Shown here: piece after piece, positions 60,534-64,000 of the stretch | How positions within the stretch are numbered: the stretch's first letter is position 1 | How the letters are laid out: each line of letters opens with the position of its first letter | Source: Ascoidea asiatica JCM 7603 | Taxonomy: Eukaryota > Fungi > Ascomycota | Direction of reading: 5' to 3' | DNA length: 64,000 bases | Assembly (NCBI GenBank): GCA_001600695.1 | Contig: BCKQ01000007.1 | Coordinates: forward strand, 316,713-380,712 | The notes under the pieces: model-generated | Databases searched by the model: none | What the model saw: only the letters and a program-made list of their open reading frames with translations | What the model was told of the DNA's origin: nothing | Translations under genes and position numbers: made by a program

Positions 60534-63500
60534 ATGATAAGCTCAGAGTTAATAAATAATAAATGCCTTTTCAAAGTCGTTAATCAACTTTCAAATAAAG
60601 ACGATAAAAGCAAACTTGAAGGATTAGAAAATTTAATTAGGCTAATAACCACTGCAAATAATAATGAGGCTTTTACAGAACAAGAGACGAGTATATATAA
60701 TGATAATTCGCAAGAACTTAATCATCATACCGTTCAAGAGAACACTGTAACTTTAAAAGATATGAAAAATTCCAATTTCGTAGAATTTTGGATTAAAACT
60801 TATTTTATCTTATCTGGAGATGATAATCTATTAATCAGGTCTTCTTCAAATAAAGCCCAATATAAATTAATGAGTTTATATCATAGTGCTTATATTCATA
60901 ATCCGTCTAAATATTTCTTATCCAGACTACTTTTAAGTTTATTTACAACGGAAAAAAAAGAATTTTGTGAAATTGGTTTAAATTTACAAGCATTCTTTGG
61001 TCGTTTCCCATTAACTTTGCAAAGCCCTTTGATCGAATTTCAATATCAAGTTCAAAAATTAGTTTCTAAAATTATTTCTAATAACACTTTATCTGTTCTA
61101 TCAATTGAAGAATCTGCTGATCTTGATAATGGAATGATAAAATCCTATAACAGACTCTATGCTGCTATTCAATTATTCAAGTTTTTGATTTTAGATTTGA
61201 AAAGGGAATACACAATTCAATTGACTGGAGGATTAATGATATTACATTCAATTATACTCAACAAAGAATTCTTGGATATTTTATTCCTTGGAGATTTATA
61301 CAACTGTCAGTGTAATTTAATCAAAATTGATCTTATAGAGCTATTAATTTCCGACAATAGTTATATTTTGATTCATATGTACGAATACGATTCAGATATT
61401 TTCCTTCATTTAGTTAAAAATACTTTTAAGTTAATGTCTTTGATTAAAGATACCAATGATCCTTATTTAATGTTAAATAGCAGTTTAACTATGCATGTTC
61501 TTCAATTGTTAACTCGATTAAATAAAGTAACAAAAACTGATTCTTTCAATATTTATAATGTTAAAATTGATAATTATTGCAACTCCAATAAAATAGAAAA
61601 ATACAAAAAACATAATCAGTTTGACCTTTTAACACTATTTTCAAATAAATCAATTAACTCATCGATAGATGAATTAAAAAAATTTTTTGAAATTAGTGAA
61701 AACGAATATTATTCAATTGATACTTTAAAAGAGCTTATAAATTGTGACTTAACTGAGTTCAAAGAAAAAATTTATTTTTTAGTAAAGGAAGATTTACATA
61801 TGTTTTTAAACTGGAATTTTTTCTCTATCATTTTTGAGATTTCCAGTTCCTTTATTCGATATGAAAATTTTGATGATCCATCTTTAATTTTTATGATATT
61901 AAATAATCTATCATTGAAACTGATTGCTTTATCAGAGTCTAAAGAGATAGAGTTTTTAGAAAGATCACCTAATTCTAGGGATCTATTTTTATTACTTTTG
62001 AGCTCTTTAAAAGAATCAAAACTGAAAACTAATTCAAATATTTCGGACACCATTGTTTTTATAAGAACCTTTTCAAACTTATGTGAAATATACTACTCAA
62101 AAATTGGTGTTGCCAAAATAAATGACAATGCAGAAAATATGGCAAAGAGAGATGATGTTAAAATTACTGATTATGAATTATATTTCTCAATTTTGCATAA
62201 AGAAGTAGCTGAATTGGGCCAATATTTCGATCAATTTAAAAGCTATAATAATATTAATAATAATCTTTCGAAAAATGAATTACTAAAAACAATTGGTGAT
62301 ACAATGTCTTTGAAATTTTTTAATAGTTTATGGAATCATTTATCAAGTAAAGATAATGAAGAAATTTCTTTAGCATTCATTAAAACTTTAAATTCTCTTG
62401 AGGAAATGCCATACGTCTATGAGTTGCTTTTACATAATTTTATTTTCTCTCTTTGCTTGAATGAAAATTTCAACCAAGCTCTACTAAACCTAACCCACGT
62501 TATAAAACCTGAATTTTTGGTAAAAATGCTATTAAATGAAAATCAGTGGATTGAAATTATAAAAGTTAGTAGTGATAAGTATGTTGATACAAGGTTGTTT
62601 ATATCTGATTCTCTGAATACCAGAATTCTTTTAAAAAATGAGTACTTTATTGACAATGATTTATCTCATTCAACTAATAGTTTAAAACTTTCCATATTTT
62701 ATTTAAAATTGATTGACTTCTTAGAGTCTCAAAATAAATATCAAACATCTGATTTTGAAATCTTATCTCTCTCGGTGATGAGTGAAATATGTCAAGATTA
62801 TGGCTTTTTAAACGATTGTGATGAATGTGAATTGAAAGTTATAAAAAATTTTAAAGATGATTGTTTAACATTGCTGAATGAAAATGTTGAAAAAACATCA
62901 ATTATCAAATTTTGTGATGAGATAATAAATCCCCCAGAAGCAAATAATGTTCTTCATGAAAAGTTAAATTTAATTCAATATATAATCAGGAAAATTGATG
63001 ATAAATCTGTACTTAGCTTTTATTTCTTAAGAGTTTTGGTCTCAAGTTTCCAGAATTTAAAAACTGATTTTAACTTAGATATTAATTTAGAAAATTTTAT
63101 GGAAAAAGTCTTTGAAAGACCAATAATATTTTCAGCTTGTATAAGTTTGTTCAAAAAAGTTATGGATAAAGATCATTTGATTGAATTATTGAATAATTTA
63201 GTTTCAAAATTAATCAATCTTGAAAGTATTTCAGATATTTTAGAGAAAGGAAAAATTATTTTAGTTATGTTAAATAATTTACTCCAAAATAATTCATCCA
63301 CAGAAATAAATGGATTTTCGTTAATACCACTAAATCAATTAACAATATTGATGAATAAAGTTAATGATTGGATTAAAGTTTTTTCAGATGAAATATTTTT
63401 GGAAGAAAATGATTCATTTTTAATGGAATTACTTTTTTTTAGTACAGGATCATTTAGAAATTCAAAAATTTTTAAAAGTATTGAAGCTTCAGAAAATGAT

Positions 63501-64000
63501 GAAAATACTGATGTTCAAAATGAATTGAATTCATGTGGATTAAAGTTATGTGAATCTTGTTTTGTGATTATACTTTCAAGATTTAGAAATGATAAAAAGC
63601 CAATTGGAATATATTACTCTACATTAAAACTATTTTCATTATTACAAAAAATAAAATATGGTAATAATGAAGATAACAATAATATTTGTAAAATTGAAAG
63701 GAATATATATACTTTAAATTTTAAAATTTTGATTAGTAGAATATCAGAGAATGAAAACAATCAAGCAATTTTAAAATGTAATAGATTATGTATTGAAATT
63801 TTTGATAAATTTCCTACAGACATTTACAAATTTGATATATGCTATGTACTTAAGTTACTTGATTCAAATCATATGTCAATTCAACAAATCGGAGGTAGAA
63901 TGTGTTATAAAATATTAAAAAAAATTCGAGAAATTCTTAATGATAATAGAGGATTCTTAGATGATATTTTACGTAAATTTCATAGAGATTTAACTGATAA
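60534..64000 (+). CDS. Listerin/Ltn1-like protein, copy B (tandem paralog; runs off the window end)
   Basis: I translated an open frame from ATG 60534 to 64000. It aligns to copy A: LNSLEEMPYVY vs LNSLDDLPYLY, ENQWIEII vs NDQWNEII, VMSEICQDYGFLN vs IMSELFQDYIFLN, LLDSNHMSIQQIGGRMC vs LLHSNYISIQRIGARIC. Absent from the ORF track. The true start may be an upstream exon. Confidence 0.88.
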   Translation, partial: MISSELINNKCLFKVVNQLSNKDDKSKLEGLENLIRLITTANNNEAFTEQETSIYNDNSQELNHHTVQENTVTLKDMKNSNFVEFWIKTYFILSGDDNLLIRSSSNKAQYKLMSLYHSAYIHNPSKYFLSRLLLSLFTTEKKEFCEIGLNLQAFFGRFPLTLQSPLIEFQYQVQKLVSKIISNNTLSVLSIEESADLDNGMIKSYNRLYAAIQLFKFLILDLKREYTIQLTGGLMILHSIILNKEFLDILFLGDLYNCQCNLIKIDLIELLISDNSYILIHMYEYDSDIFLHLVKNTFKLMSLIKDTNDPYLMLNSSLTMHVLQLLTRLNKVTKTDSFNIYNVKIDNYCNSNKIEKYKKHNQFDLLTLFSNKSINSSIDELKKFFEISENEYYSIDTLKELINCDLTEFKEKIYFLVKEDLHMFLNWNFFSIIFEISSSFIRYENFDDPSLIFMILNNLSLKLIALSESKEIEFLERSPNSRDLFLLLLSSLKESKLKTNSNISDTIVFIRTFSNLCEIYYSKIGVAKINDNAENMAKRDDVKITDYELYFSILHKEVAELGQYFDQFKSYNNINNNLSKNELLKTIGDTMSLKFFNSLWNHLSSKDNEEISLAFIKTLNSLEEMPYVYELLLHNFIFSLCLNENFNQALLNLTHVIKPEFLVKMLLNENQWIEIIKVSSDKYVDTRLFISDSLNTRILLKNEYFIDNDLSHSTNSLKLSIFYLKLIDFLESQNKYQTSDFEILSLSVMSEICQDYGFLNDCDECELKVIKNFKDDCLTLLNENVEKTSIIKFCDEIINPPEANNVLHEKLNLIQYIIRKIDDKSVLSFYFLRVLVSSFQNLKTDFNLDINLENFMEKVFERPIIFSACISLFKKVMDKDHLIELLNNLVSKLINLESISDILEKGKIILVMLNNLLQNNSSTEINGFSLIPLNQLTILMNKVNDWIKVFSDEIFLEENDSFLMELLFFSTGSFRNSKIFKSIEASENDENTDVQNELNSCGLKLCESCFVIILSRFRNDKKPIGIYYSTLKLFSLLQKIKYGNNEDNNNICKIERNIYTLNFKILISRISENENNQAILKCNRLCIEIFDKFPTDIYKFDICYVLKLLDSNHMSIQQIGGRMCYKILKKIREILNDNRGFLDDILRKFHRDLTD

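Overview
Eukaryotic DNA from a very AT-rich budding yeast (Saccharomycotina). The species cannot be fixed from sequence alone. Recognisable genes in order: SMC1 (minus, runs off the window start, absent from the ORF track), LRG1, PSO2, RQC2, CDC4, BRL1/BRR6-family, then a ~9 kb gap with no intact gene, a 1796-aa Asn/Gln-rich Myb/SANT-like protein, a 430-aa orphan, CAK1, HST2, MSH4 (4 exons), alpha-tubulin (3 exons, one of 9 nt), RPB3, a shrunken malate-dehydrogenase-like gene ending in SKL, a GSK3 kinase (RIM11/MRK1), and two tandem diverged Listerin (RKR1/LTN1)-like genes. The first Listerin copy is split by one in-frame TAG; the second runs off the window end and is absent from the ORF track. 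Best leads: (1) a catalytically gutted mini-MDH at the MDH3 position that keeps the dimer-interface helices and a PTS1, a candidate peroxisomal piggyback adaptor; (2) tandem duplication of the normally single-copy RQC ligase Listerin; (3) a candidate regional centromere among genes that are CEN6/CEN16-linked in S. cerevisiae; (4) CTG codons at both Ser-like and Leu-like positions. I found no tRNA, rRNA, CRISPR or intact transposon by eye. All homology calls come from recalled motifs, not database searches.
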